Shown here piece after piece: positions 18,251 to 26,310 of a DNA stretch of 64,000 nt. A program made the translations under genes and the position numbers. The notes below the pieces were generated by a model. It searched no databases. It saw nothing but the letters and a program-made list of their open reading frames with translations, and was not told the DNA's origin. The stretch is taken from the NCBI GenBank assembly GCA_963806185.1, contig CAWDXE010000004.1, positions 192,001-256,000 of the forward strand. The letters run 5' to 3'. Every line of letters starts with the position of its first letter. The first letter of the stretch is position 1. Source of the DNA: an uncultured candidate division Zixibacteria bacterium (GTDB lineage: Bacteria > Zixibacteria > MSB-5A5 > GN15 > FEB-12).

Positions 18251-19420
18251 ATGGATATCATCAAATCCAAAATCAACCAGGCCAGCGCGCTCCTCAAGGA
18301 GATGGATATCGATATGTGGCTCCTCTTCGAGCGCGAAACCATCATCCAGGCCGACCCCACCCACGCCATGGTCGTCGGGATCGACGTCACCTGGGAGTCG
18401 TTCTTCATCTATACCAAGGCTGGCGACGCGATTGCGTTGGTCGGCAATTTCGATGAAGACGAATTCAAGCGGTCCGGCCGCTTCACCGAAGTGCACTCCT
18501 ACGTGCAGGGCGTAGGGGCAGACGCCAAGAAGCTGATCTCCCGCTTTGATCCCAACAAAATCGCGCTCAACTACTCGCCCAACGACGTTGCCTCCGACGG
18601 CCTCACGCACGGCATGTATCTATTATTGTGTTCGTATCTCAAGGACACACCGTATTGCGATCGCATCATCTCAGCCGAAGATTTTGTCACCAAACTGCGG
18701 GCGCGAAAACTTCCCGACGAAGTACGTCGCCTCTCCAAGTCTGCCGTGCTCGCGAATCACGCCTGGAGTCGAGTATTGGAGCGAGTGCGGATCGGAATGA
18801 CGGAAAAGGAAGTCTCGCAGGTGGTCGAGGAGGAAATTCGCTGGGCGGGGGGAGTACCGTCGTTTGCGACCATCGTCAATGCCGGTGCAAAGACCAATCC
18901 CGGTCACGGCCACCCGACCGACGCCCGTCTGGAACCGGGCGACCTGCTGCATGTCGACTTCGGTGTTCTCCACGATGGCTACTGCTCTGACCTTCAGCGC
19001 CTGATCTACTTCAAGCGCCCCGATGAGTCGTCAGCGCCGCACGAGCTTCAAGAAGCGTTCGACACAGTGTACGATATCATCTCCCGCACCGGCGAAGCCT
19101 GTATTCCGGGCAAAGCGGGCCACGAGATCGACAGTTTAGCGCGCGAAATACTCCGCGACAACGGTTACCCCGAATATCAGCATGCCCTCGGCCACCAGTT
19201 GGGGCGTAGTGTTCATGACGGAGGCGGTATTCTAGGCCCGAAGTGGGAGCGGTATGGCAATCGACCCGATATCCCATTGGAACTGCACAATGTCTTTACC
19301 CTTGAACTGGGGATTGAACTTCCCGGAATCGGGTATGTCGGGTTGGAAGAAGACGTGGTGATCGAGTCCTCCGGTGCCCGTTTTCTGTGCGATCGCCAGA
19401 AGCAGTTGACTGTGCGTTAA
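18251..19420 (+). CDS. Xaa-Pro aminopeptidase (M24)
   Basis: VDFG...YCSD, HALGHQLGRSVHD, FTLE, LEED. Confidence 0.9.
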   Translation: MDIIKSKINQASALLKEMDIDMWLLFERETIIQADPTHAMVVGIDVTWESFFIYTKAGDAIALVGNFDEDEFKRSGRFTEVHSYVQGVGADAKKLISRFDPNKIALNYSPNDVASDGLTHGMYLLLCSYLKDTPYCDRIISAEDFVTKLRARKLPDEVRRLSKSAVLANHAWSRVLERVRIGMTEKEVSQVVEEEIRWAGGVPSFATIVNAGAKTNPGHGHPTDARLEPGDLLHVDFGVLHDGYCSDLQRLIYFKRPDESSAPHELQEAFDTVYDIISRTGEACIPGKAGHEIDSLAREILRDNGYPEYQHALGHQLGRSVHDGGGILGPKWERYGNRPDIPLELHNVFTLELGIELPGIGYVGLEEDVVIESSGARFLCDRQKQLTVR

Positions 19421-19623
19421 CCCATATGCTGATCTGCCAACCGGCGCCGAGAAGCATAAAATTCGGTCGAATCAGCTAAAATTGCGGAAAGGTAAGCCTT
19501 TTTGCCCCAATTGTTTGAGTTGGACCCGTCAGGTCCTACTTTTTTGTTGCGGGACTAGCGGGCATTACTTAAAGTATGACCGATTACAAATCAGAACTTT
19601 GTTACAACCCAAGGAGGAACCGC

Positions 19624-20847
19624 GTGAAACTGCATCTCACCGTTGGTGCCGCCCTCATACTTGGCGGTGTCATGTTGGTCAACGCACAGGATAGGGATAA
19701 CGACGGACTGGCCGATACCTACGACCGGACGCCTACTGTCCAGCGCTATTTCCACAATCAGGCCGCCCCGCAGCAGATGTGGAAAGAAATGCCGGAATCG
19801 ATGGACTTTGACCACGACGGTCTGGCTGATCGCTTTGACAGCCGGCCCACCGTGTATGAGTATTTCCATTTCAGCGCACCCGTGCAGAAAGACTATAAGC
19901 TGCAGAGCGCCACTGAAGATACCGACGGCGACGGCTTGCCGGATCGACTTGACGAAACTCCCACTGTGTACCGCTATTATCACCTCGATGTCGCCCCGTG
20001 GGTGCCGCGCGCTGAGCGCGATCCCAATCTGGATACGGACGGCGACGGTTGGGTCGACGTGAAAGACGATCGCCCGACTGTCTATGAAGTTTACAAGGGA
20101 ATAAGCGCGCCGATGGCGCAGGCCGAAGGTGATGCTGACGGCGACGGCGTTGTCGACAGCAAGGATAAGTGCCCGGGAACACCGGCCGGCGTCAAAGTTG
20201 ATGCTGACGGCTGTCCGCTCGATTCCGACGGCGACGGCGTTACGGACGATAAGGACAAGTGTCCGGGTACGCCCAAAGGGACGGTGGTCGATGAGTTCGG
20301 CTGCCCGAAGGACACCGATGGTGACGGCGTACCGGATTACCGTGACAAGTGCCCGGGAACCCCGGCCGGCGTCAAGGTTGATGCTGACGGCTGCCCGCTG
20401 GATTCCGACGGCGACGGCGTGACGGACGATAAGGACAAGTGCCCGGGTACGCCTAAGGGTATTGAGGTCGACGAGTTCGGTTGCCCGAAGATCATGAAGC
20501 ACGGCGAGAAGATCATTCTCAACGTCCAGTTTGCGACCAATTCAGCCGATCCGGATGCGGAATCTAAGAAGATCCTGGATGGTGTGGCGAAGACCATGAC
20601 CGATTATCCCGACATCAAGTTGAGAGTATCCGGATTCACCGACAATGTCGGTCAGGAAGGGTACAACCAGAAGCTGTCCGAACGTCGCGCCAAAGCGGTG
20701 ATGGACTACCTGGTGAGCGCTGGTGTCGACAAGGGTCGGCTGACATCGAAGGGCTTTGGCGAAGATCCCAAGTACTTCATCGGTGACAACAAGACCGACG
20801 AAGGCCGCCAGAAGAACCGTCGTGTCGAGCTCGAATCAGTAGAATAG
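19624..20847 (+). CDS. OmpA-family peptidoglycan-binding protein with thrombospondin type-3 repeats
   Basis: GTG start after AGGAGG, signal peptide, DxDGDG..D..DKCP repeats, C-terminal GFTDN...NQKLSERRA...NRRVE. Confidence 0.9.
   Translation: MKLHLTVGAALILGGVMLVNAQDRDNDGLADTYDRTPTVQRYFHNQAAPQQMWKEMPESMDFDHDGLADRFDSRPTVYEYFHFSAPVQKDYKLQSATEDTDGDGLPDRLDETPTVYRYYHLDVAPWVPRAERDPNLDTDGDGWVDVKDDRPTVYEVYKGISAPMAQAEGDADGDGVVDSKDKCPGTPAGVKVDADGCPLDSDGDGVTDDKDKCPGTPKGTVVDEFGCPKDTDGDGVPDYRDKCPGTPAGVKVDADGCPLDSDGDGVTDDKDKCPGTPKGIEVDEFGCPKIMKHGEKIILNVQFATNSADPDAESKKILDGVAKTMTDYPDIKLRVSGFTDNVGQEGYNQKLSERRAKAVMDYLVSAGVDKGRLTSKGFGEDPKYFIGDNKTDEGRQKNRRVELESVE
20131..20490 (+). repeat. Intragenic tandem duplication, 2 x 180 bp (four TSP3 units)
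   Basis: aagtgcccgggaac occurs at 20167 and 20347; the two units are near-identical. Confidence 0.85.
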
Positions 20848-20868
20848 GCTGATTACTCAGGCCATTGT

Positions 20869-20898
20869 AACGGCGCCGACAGAGGTCGGCGCCGTTTT
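20869..20898 (+). terminator. Intrinsic terminator after ompA-like gene
   Basis: AACGGCGCCGAC-AGAG-GTCGGCGCCGTT-TT. Confidence 0.85.
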
Positions 20899-20913
20899 CA
20901 TTTGCGGCACGGC

Positions 20914-20937
20914 AAAAAAAAACCGCCACCGGGGCGG
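20914..20937 (-). terminator. Intrinsic terminator of the signalling operon
   Basis: Minus strand CCGCC-loop-GGCGG followed by T9. Confidence 0.7.
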
Positions 20938-20964
20938 AGCGTATCTATTGATTCCAGAGCCGCC

Positions 20965-22650
20965 CTAAGCCATAGCCGGTTCCTGAGCCGTGATCGGGGC
21001 GAGGGGGAAATCCACGGTAATGGTCGTGCCGCGCCCTTGTTCGGAATCGATGTGCAAGGCGCCGCCGTGGTTCTCGACAATGCGCTTGCAGACCACCAGG
21101 CCAAAACCGTGGCCTGATTTCTTGGTCGTAAACCGCTCCTGAAATGCCTTGGCCAGTACCTCCGGGGCGAACCCGCAGCCCGTATCCGAAATGGTGAACC
21201 GGAACCGCCCGGTTTCGTCGTCCCGGCGAATGGCGGCGGAAATACGCCGTTCCTGGCTGTCGAACGTCGCGTCCGCGGCATTATTGAAGAGATTGTAGAG
21301 TAACTGCTGAATCTGGGTCCCGTCGGAATCAAAAAGAATTTCCGGAAGCTCGGCCGGCACGTCGACCGTCACCCCACGGAACCGTTTCTGTGGCCGGAGG
21401 TACTCGATGACCTCCAGGAAGGTCTTGTCGAACGACATGACTTCTTTGGTTCCGGAAATGGGCGTGAGCGACATGAGGTCTGACGTAAAGCGTTCGATCT
21501 TCTTGATCGTGTCACCCATGGTTTGGACGTACTTCGGCAGACTCTGATAGTTTTCCTTTTTCAACTGCAAATCGAGCAGCGAGAGATTTCCCTGCACCAC
21601 GGCCAGGAAATTGTTCAACTCGTGGCCGATTTCTGCGGACATCACGCCGCGCGTCGCCATGGTCTCCAGTTGAATGGTCTCGTCCTGCAATTCCTTGAGC
21701 CGGGCATACGCCTCCTGTGTCTGGTGCAGGAGCGACAGGTTCTCCAGCGTGATGGCCAGCTGGGAGCCGGTAATGGACAGGAATTTCATGTCGGCGCTGC
21801 GCACTTTGACCGTATCATTGTGGAATCCGACCATGAGCATGCCGTAGAAGAAGTCCGGGCGATGCACGGGCACAACAATCATCGGTTCGTGGTCGCGTTT
21901 CCAGGCAGGGAAGAGCATCTCCTTAAGCTGGTTGTCAGGGTGCGCTTTGTACAGAGGGTGGTCACCGATCTGACTGACCAGAACCGGCTGATCGCAGGTC
22001 GCCCGAGTGCACTCATTAAGGAGTCCGGTCAGAGGCTCGCGGGGGATCTCAGTCTCTACAGTCTCTTCGCCGACGATGCTTATCATTTTAGTCTGACCGG
22101 AGTTGCGATTTCGATAAATCATGGCGCCTTGATCGGCGTGCTGGTGCATCATCGCAAACTTGAGTGATGACGTGATGACCGAATTGGCGTCGCCGGTGGA
22201 GAAAAGGACAGAGCTGAGATCGTTGAGCTTGGTCAGTTGTTCTTCGCCTCGCGCCGCCGCCGATTCCTGCTTCTTCTCGAGCGCGTTGCGGACCGCCTGG
22301 CGAATCTCGCTCAACTCGAACGGTTTCATGATATAGTCGAAAGCGCCCTGTTTGATGGCGTTTTTTGCGGAGTTGAGATTGGCGTAGCCGGTGATGAAGA
22401 TTACGGCGACTTCCGGCAGCATCTCCTTGGCCCGCCGCACGAGCTCGATTCCGTCCATGCCGGGCATACGGATGTCGGAAATAATCAGGTCAATGTTCTG
22501 TCGGGCGATAATTTCGAGTGCCTGTGTCCCCGTCTCGGCCGTGTGCACGACCATGCCCTCTTCTTCGAGCGTGTCTCGGACGAGCGAGACGACGATCGAC
22601 TCGTCGTCTACCACCAGAATCTGGCGGGTGATTTCCGACGCATCGTTCAT
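20965..22650 (-). CDS. Hybrid REC-GAF-histidine kinase
   Basis: ILVVDDE...SDIRMPGMDG...KPF; GAF-like middle region; GHELNNFL; NLFNNA, DTGCG, GHGFGL. Confidence 0.9.
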   Translation of the reverse strand: MNDASEITRQILVVDDESIVVSLVRDTLEEEGMVVHTAETGTQALEIIARQNIDLIISDIRMPGMDGIELVRRAKEMLPEVAVIFITGYANLNSAKNAIKQGAFDYIMKPFELSEIRQAVRNALEKKQESAAARGEEQLTKLNDLSSVLFSTGDANSVITSSLKFAMMHQHADQGAMIYRNRNSGQTKMISIVGEETVETEIPREPLTGLLNECTRATCDQPVLVSQIGDHPLYKAHPDNQLKEMLFPAWKRDHEPMIVVPVHRPDFFYGMLMVGFHNDTVKVRSADMKFLSITGSQLAITLENLSLLHQTQEAYARLKELQDETIQLETMATRGVMSAEIGHELNNFLAVVQGNLSLLDLQLKKENYQSLPKYVQTMGDTIKKIERFTSDLMSLTPISGTKEVMSFDKTFLEVIEYLRPQKRFRGVTVDVPAELPEILFDSDGTQIQQLLYNLFNNAADATFDSQERRISAAIRRDDETGRFRFTISDTGCGFAPEVLAKAFQERFTTKKSGHGFGLVVCKRIVENHGGALHIDSEQGRGTTITVDFPLAPITAQEPAMA

Positions 22651-23015
22651 GGCTGGTTTACAGGCGAAAGCACCGAATTTATGAGATTGCGCACCTGATT
22701 GAGATCAAAGGGCTTGCGCAAACACAGAAAATTGCTGGACGCGTGGATACGTTCCGATAGTTCGTCAGGCATGGAATCGGTGAAGATGAAACGGAGCTGC
22801 GGCTGGAGAGGATATACCTCGCAATACATCTGGTAGCCGTTCATCTTCGGCATATGCAGGTCGCAAAGGCATATGTCGAATGCCTCGGCCAGCGCAGCAT
22901 CCACACCGGCCTTGCCATTATTAGCCGTCACCACCTCATGGCCGGACTCGGTCAGGAATTCTTCCAGCAGGCCGCGCATCACCGGTGAATCGTCTACGAT
23001 TAGTATTCTTGCCAT
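22647..23015 (-). CDS. Single-domain response regulator
   Basis: ILIVDD, CDLHMP, KPF; 122 aa. Confidence 0.9.
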   Translation of the reverse strand: MARILIVDDSPVMRGLLEEFLTESGHEVVTANNGKAGVDAALAEAFDICLCDLHMPKMNGYQMYCEVYPLQPQLRFIFTDSMPDELSERIHASSNFLCLRKPFDLNQVRNLINSVLSPVNQP

Positions 23016-23018
23016 GTG

Positions 23019-23387
23019 CTATGCCTCCAACGCCCCGCTGACAGTCTGCATCAATTCTTTGATGCTGAAAGGTTTTGACAGGAACGCACAGGCTCCGTTG
23101 CTCACGGACTGACTCACCGTATAGAGGCTCGAATATCCGGAAATAATGATGACCTTGGTCTTAGGGGAGGATTGTTTGGCGAATTTCACCACTTCCTCAC
23201 CCGGGACCCGCGGCATACGCAGGTCAGTGATGACGAGATCATACGACCGTTCCTTCATCCTCTCGATCGCTTCGTCGCCGTCGGAGGCCACCGAAAGTTC
23301 GTATTCTTCAAGAACTTCGGAAAGGAAATCGCGAATGATCTCCTCATCGTCAACAATCAAAATGGAGTACTTGCTTTGTTCATTCAT
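23019..23387 (-). CDS. Single-domain response regulator
   Basis: ILIVDDE, TDLRMP, KPF; 122 aa. Confidence 0.9.
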   Translation of the reverse strand: MNEQSKYSILIVDDEEIIRDFLSEVLEEYELSVASDGDEAIERMKERSYDLVITDLRMPRVPGEEVVKFAKQSSPKTKVIIISGYSSLYTVSQSVSNGACAFLSKPFSIKELMQTVSGALEA

Positions 23388-23401
23388 AAGTAGACGGTTG
23401 G

Positions 23402-25078
23402 TCAGGCTGTATGCGCCGCCCCAACCCCTACTTTCTTATCGGCGTCCGTCGTATATTTCTGCACCGGCAAAACGATGGTAAACGTCGTTCCGCGGCCAAC
23501 TGTAGACTGGACAGTGATTTCGCCGCCATGTTCCTTGATGATGCCGTAGCTCACCGAGAGACCAAGTCCGGTGCCCTTACCCACCTCTTTGGTGGTGAAA
23601 AACGGTTCAAAAATCTTTTTCAGGTTCTCGGACGGAATACCACAGCCGTTGTCGACGAATTGCAGTTCAATGGCGCCGCCAAACTCACCTAGGGCCGGGC
23701 TGAACCGGGTATGAATCCGCACGACCGCTCCGCTCTCGCAGGCGTGCATGGCGTTAATGAGCAGGTTCGTAAACACCTGTTGCAGCTGTCCGGCATTGCC
23801 TGAGATTTCAGGCAGGGTGGGCTCCAGGTGAGACTGCAGCTCGATCTGCTTCATATGGAATTGGTGCTGAACGAACGTGATCGTCTCTTCTACGATTTTA
23901 TTGATGTCAATGGTCGCGAAGTCCACTGCCTTGGAGGAGCGAGAGAAGCGCAGGAGATTCTGTACAATCGTCTTGCAGCGACGGGCCTGCGTTTCAATGT
24001 CGGTGACATACCGAATGTAGCTGTCCACTTCCTTGGTCGACGTCTTTTCCGGAACGTTCTTCTGCAGCTTTTCAAGAGTGAACTGGGCGTATCCGAGAAT
24101 GCCGCCCAATGGGTTGTTGAGCTCATGGGCCACGCCGGCCGCCAGCTGGCCGATGGCGCTCATTTTCTCCGATTGGATAAGCTGGGCCTGCGCATCCTCG
24201 AGCTGCTGCGTGCGCTCTATGATCTTCTGTTCGAGATTTCGATTGTACTGCTCAATCTCGTCCCGCGATTGTTTGAGTGAATCTATCATCTTATTGAAAG
24301 TCACGGCCAGGTGGCCGATCTCATCAAACTGCTCGATTTCCACGCGTTTGCTCAGATCGCCGTGACTTATCTGGTCGGTTACAGCGACCAGGGCCGTCAC
24401 CGGCCTGATAGCCGCATTGACCACCATCATGACGACTACCATCGTAATAATGAGGATGATGACAGTCAGGAAAATTGCCGCAGCCTGAGCGCCGGCCGCC
24501 AGCCGTCGAACGTTGCTCAGTGAAAAACCCATCTCAATTGAACCGATCACCTCGGTCTCGTTGCTGAGGGCGACAGAATTGTCCAGGCCGCCTGTGATGC
24601 CGAGGTGTTCGCGGTTTATGGTTTTCTTCTGCGTTGTGATGGGCGCGGAGAGCACAATGATCTCGTTGCCGGCGCTGTCACGTACCAATTCATGCGCGTG
24701 CTCGTCCGAACCGGTTCCGGAGATATCGTGACGGACAGTCTGTCGGTCGACGATGGAAACGGACCGTCCGGTGCGCGACAGGACCGTGCCCTCGTTGTTC
24801 TTGATGACGGCGTATTCAACCGTCTCAAACTGCGACAGGATCTTGAGCATATCATCCAGCTCATACGTTGATTCGAACAACACACCGCTCTCGGCGTTGA
24901 TAGCGAGCATCTTTATGATTGTCTCGCCGCGAATCTCCACTTCACGCATGATGCTGTCCGATTGCCGCTTGATGAGATAGCTCGAGATCGTGAGCATGCT
25001 CAGGCCGAGAATGAGCGAGATCGGCAGGACGAATTTTGTGCGCAGCTTGAGATGCGCCATGAAACGACTAAGTTTCAT
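23402..25078 (-). CDS. Membrane sensor histidine kinase (periplasmic domain, HAMP)
   Basis: Two TM helices, HAMP ([13 protein letters not shown]), [16 protein letters not shown]...GTGLGL. Confidence 0.95.
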   Translation of the reverse strand: MKLSRFMAHLKLRTKFVLPISLILGLSMLTISSYLIKRQSDSIMREVEIRGETIIKMLAINAESGVLFESTYELDDMLKILSQFETVEYAVIKNNEGTVLSRTGRSVSIVDRQTVRHDISGTGSDEHAHELVRDSAGNEIIVLSAPITTQKKTINREHLGITGGLDNSVALSNETEVIGSIEMGFSLSNVRRLAAGAQAAAIFLTVIILIITMVVVMMVVNAAIRPVTALVAVTDQISHGDLSKRVEIEQFDEIGHLAVTFNKMIDSLKQSRDEIEQYNRNLEQKIIERTQQLEDAQAQLIQSEKMSAIGQLAAGVAHELNNPLGGILGYAQFTLEKLQKNVPEKTSTKEVDSYIRYVTDIETQARRCKTIVQNLLRFSRSSKAVDFATIDINKIVEETITFVQHQFHMKQIELQSHLEPTLPEISGNAGQLQQVFTNLLINAMHACESGAVVRIHTRFSPALGEFGGAIELQFVDNGCGIPSENLKKIFEPFFTTKEVGKGTGLGLSVSYGIIKEHGGEITVQSTVGRGTTFTIVLPVQKYTTDADKKVGVGAAHTA

Positions 25079-26028
25079 CGGTACACCTCTTTGGCAACGG
25101 CGCTCAGTTCGGCCGGAATGGCCACATTGATATGCTTCGCAGTCTTCTCGTTATAATGGAACCAGATGATATCCGGACTCGTCACCGGAATCTCTCCCGG
25201 CTTGGTTCCGCCCAGTATTTTTACCGCGATTTCACCGGCTTGGCGGCCGATCGCCTTGTAGTCAAAGTCGAGGGCGAAAAGCGCGCCCGATTCGACGACA
25301 TGGCGAGAAAAGCCCATGAACGGCACGCCTTTGCGCATCGTGTTCAGTAAGATGTACTTCGTGGCCTGCGGATTAAAAAGGTTGGGGTCAGCCACCGACC
25401 AGATGCCATCCACCACAGTTGTCAGCGAGTCGAGCGCCTTCGGCAACTCGCGCTCATTGTCCACTCGCACTGCCACCAGCTTGAGGCCCATCTGCTGAGC
25501 CACAACCTGTGATGGGGGGATAAGTGACGCCGTGTTGCTCGTATACAGGACGCCGAGAATCTTCAAAGTTGGAAGGATCTGCTTGAAGTACTTAAACTGA
25601 ATATCGACGGGGATGGTCAGCGACGCGCCGGTGATATTTTCGCCCGGGTGATTGAGCGACTTTACGAATCCGCTGACTACCGGGTACATTACCGACGAGA
25701 AGACAATCGGCTGGTTGTTGAGTTGTCGCGTGGCGATTTCAGTCGCGCCGCTGCCGATCGTCACGATGATATCTGGTTTGGCCTGGCGCAATTCGGCGAT
25801 CTGACGTTGTTGTACGCCAGGATCCGGGTCCAGCTTTAGGTTTAGAAAGGTGGCGTCGGCGAATTCGTTGGTGATGATGCTTTTGGCGCCGCTGAGGGTT
25901 CGCGTAGTCGAGGTCAGGGTGTCGGTGGTGAGAAATGCAATGGAGCGCGCCTGGACACCAACGGAAGCGCCGGCGAGCGCCAGCGCCGCCACAAGAAGTC
26001 CCCTGATGGCCATTCCCCTTCGCGACAT
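25075..26028 (-). CDS. Periplasmic substrate-binding-like protein (ABC_sub_bind type)
   Basis: Signal peptide, PDIIVTIG, PGENITG, VESGAL, IGRQAG; overlaps the kinase start (ATGA); exact start uncertain. Confidence 0.85.
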   Translation of the reverse strand: MSRRGMAIRGLLVAALALAGASVGVQARSIAFLTTDTLTSTTRTLSGAKSIITNEFADATFLNLKLDPDPGVQQRQIAELRQAKPDIIVTIGSGATEIATRQLNNQPIVFSSVMYPVVSGFVKSLNHPGENITGASLTIPVDIQFKYFKQILPTLKILGVLYTSNTASLIPPSQVVAQQMGLKLVAVRVDNERELPKALDSLTTVVDGIWSVADPNLFNPQATKYILLNTMRKGVPFMGFSRHVVESGALFALDFDYKAIGRQAGEIAVKILGGTKPGEIPVTSPDIIWFHYNEKTAKHINVAIPAELSAVAKEVYR

Positions 26029-26120
26029 TTCAGAACGGTCCCGTAACAGCAAGCATTTGTACCACAGGAGCATGGAAGTGTTACCCCGCCCGGCGGGCAT
26101 CCGCACTCATACTCCCTCTG

Positions 26121-26147
26121 TTATCGGGTTATCCCGAAGAAACTTAA
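26121..26147 (-). promoter_or_regulatory. sigma28-like promoter for the SBP-kinase operon
   Basis: TTAAGTTT-N11-CCCGATAA. Confidence 0.65.
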
Positions 26148-26196
26148 GCCGATCACCGTCTGTCCGTCTCCGAAATCACCCTTCGCCGCAAACCCC

Positions 26197-26223
26197 TAAA
26201 GAAAATCCGGGGCAAGTCGATAT
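26197..26223 (+). promoter_or_regulatory. sigma28-like promoter for the TBDR operon
   Basis: TAAAGAAA-N11-GTCGATAT. Confidence 0.55.
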
Positions 26224-26310
26224 GAAGAAGCAGATGAATCTCAGAGTGGTCGGGTTACGACCATACGTCAAATTGTAACCGATAGTATCGTACACTACGG
26301 AGTAGTCCAC

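Noticed and set aside
19421..19623. Riboswitch in the ompA-like leader (also examined 44087-44275, 46667-47004, 53827-54118)
   Set aside because: I recognised no conserved aptamer motif by eye; an Rfam scan would be needed to exclude one.
20131..20490. Repeats as a CRISPR array
   Set aside because: They are in-frame coding TSP3 repeats with no unique spacers and no cas genes.
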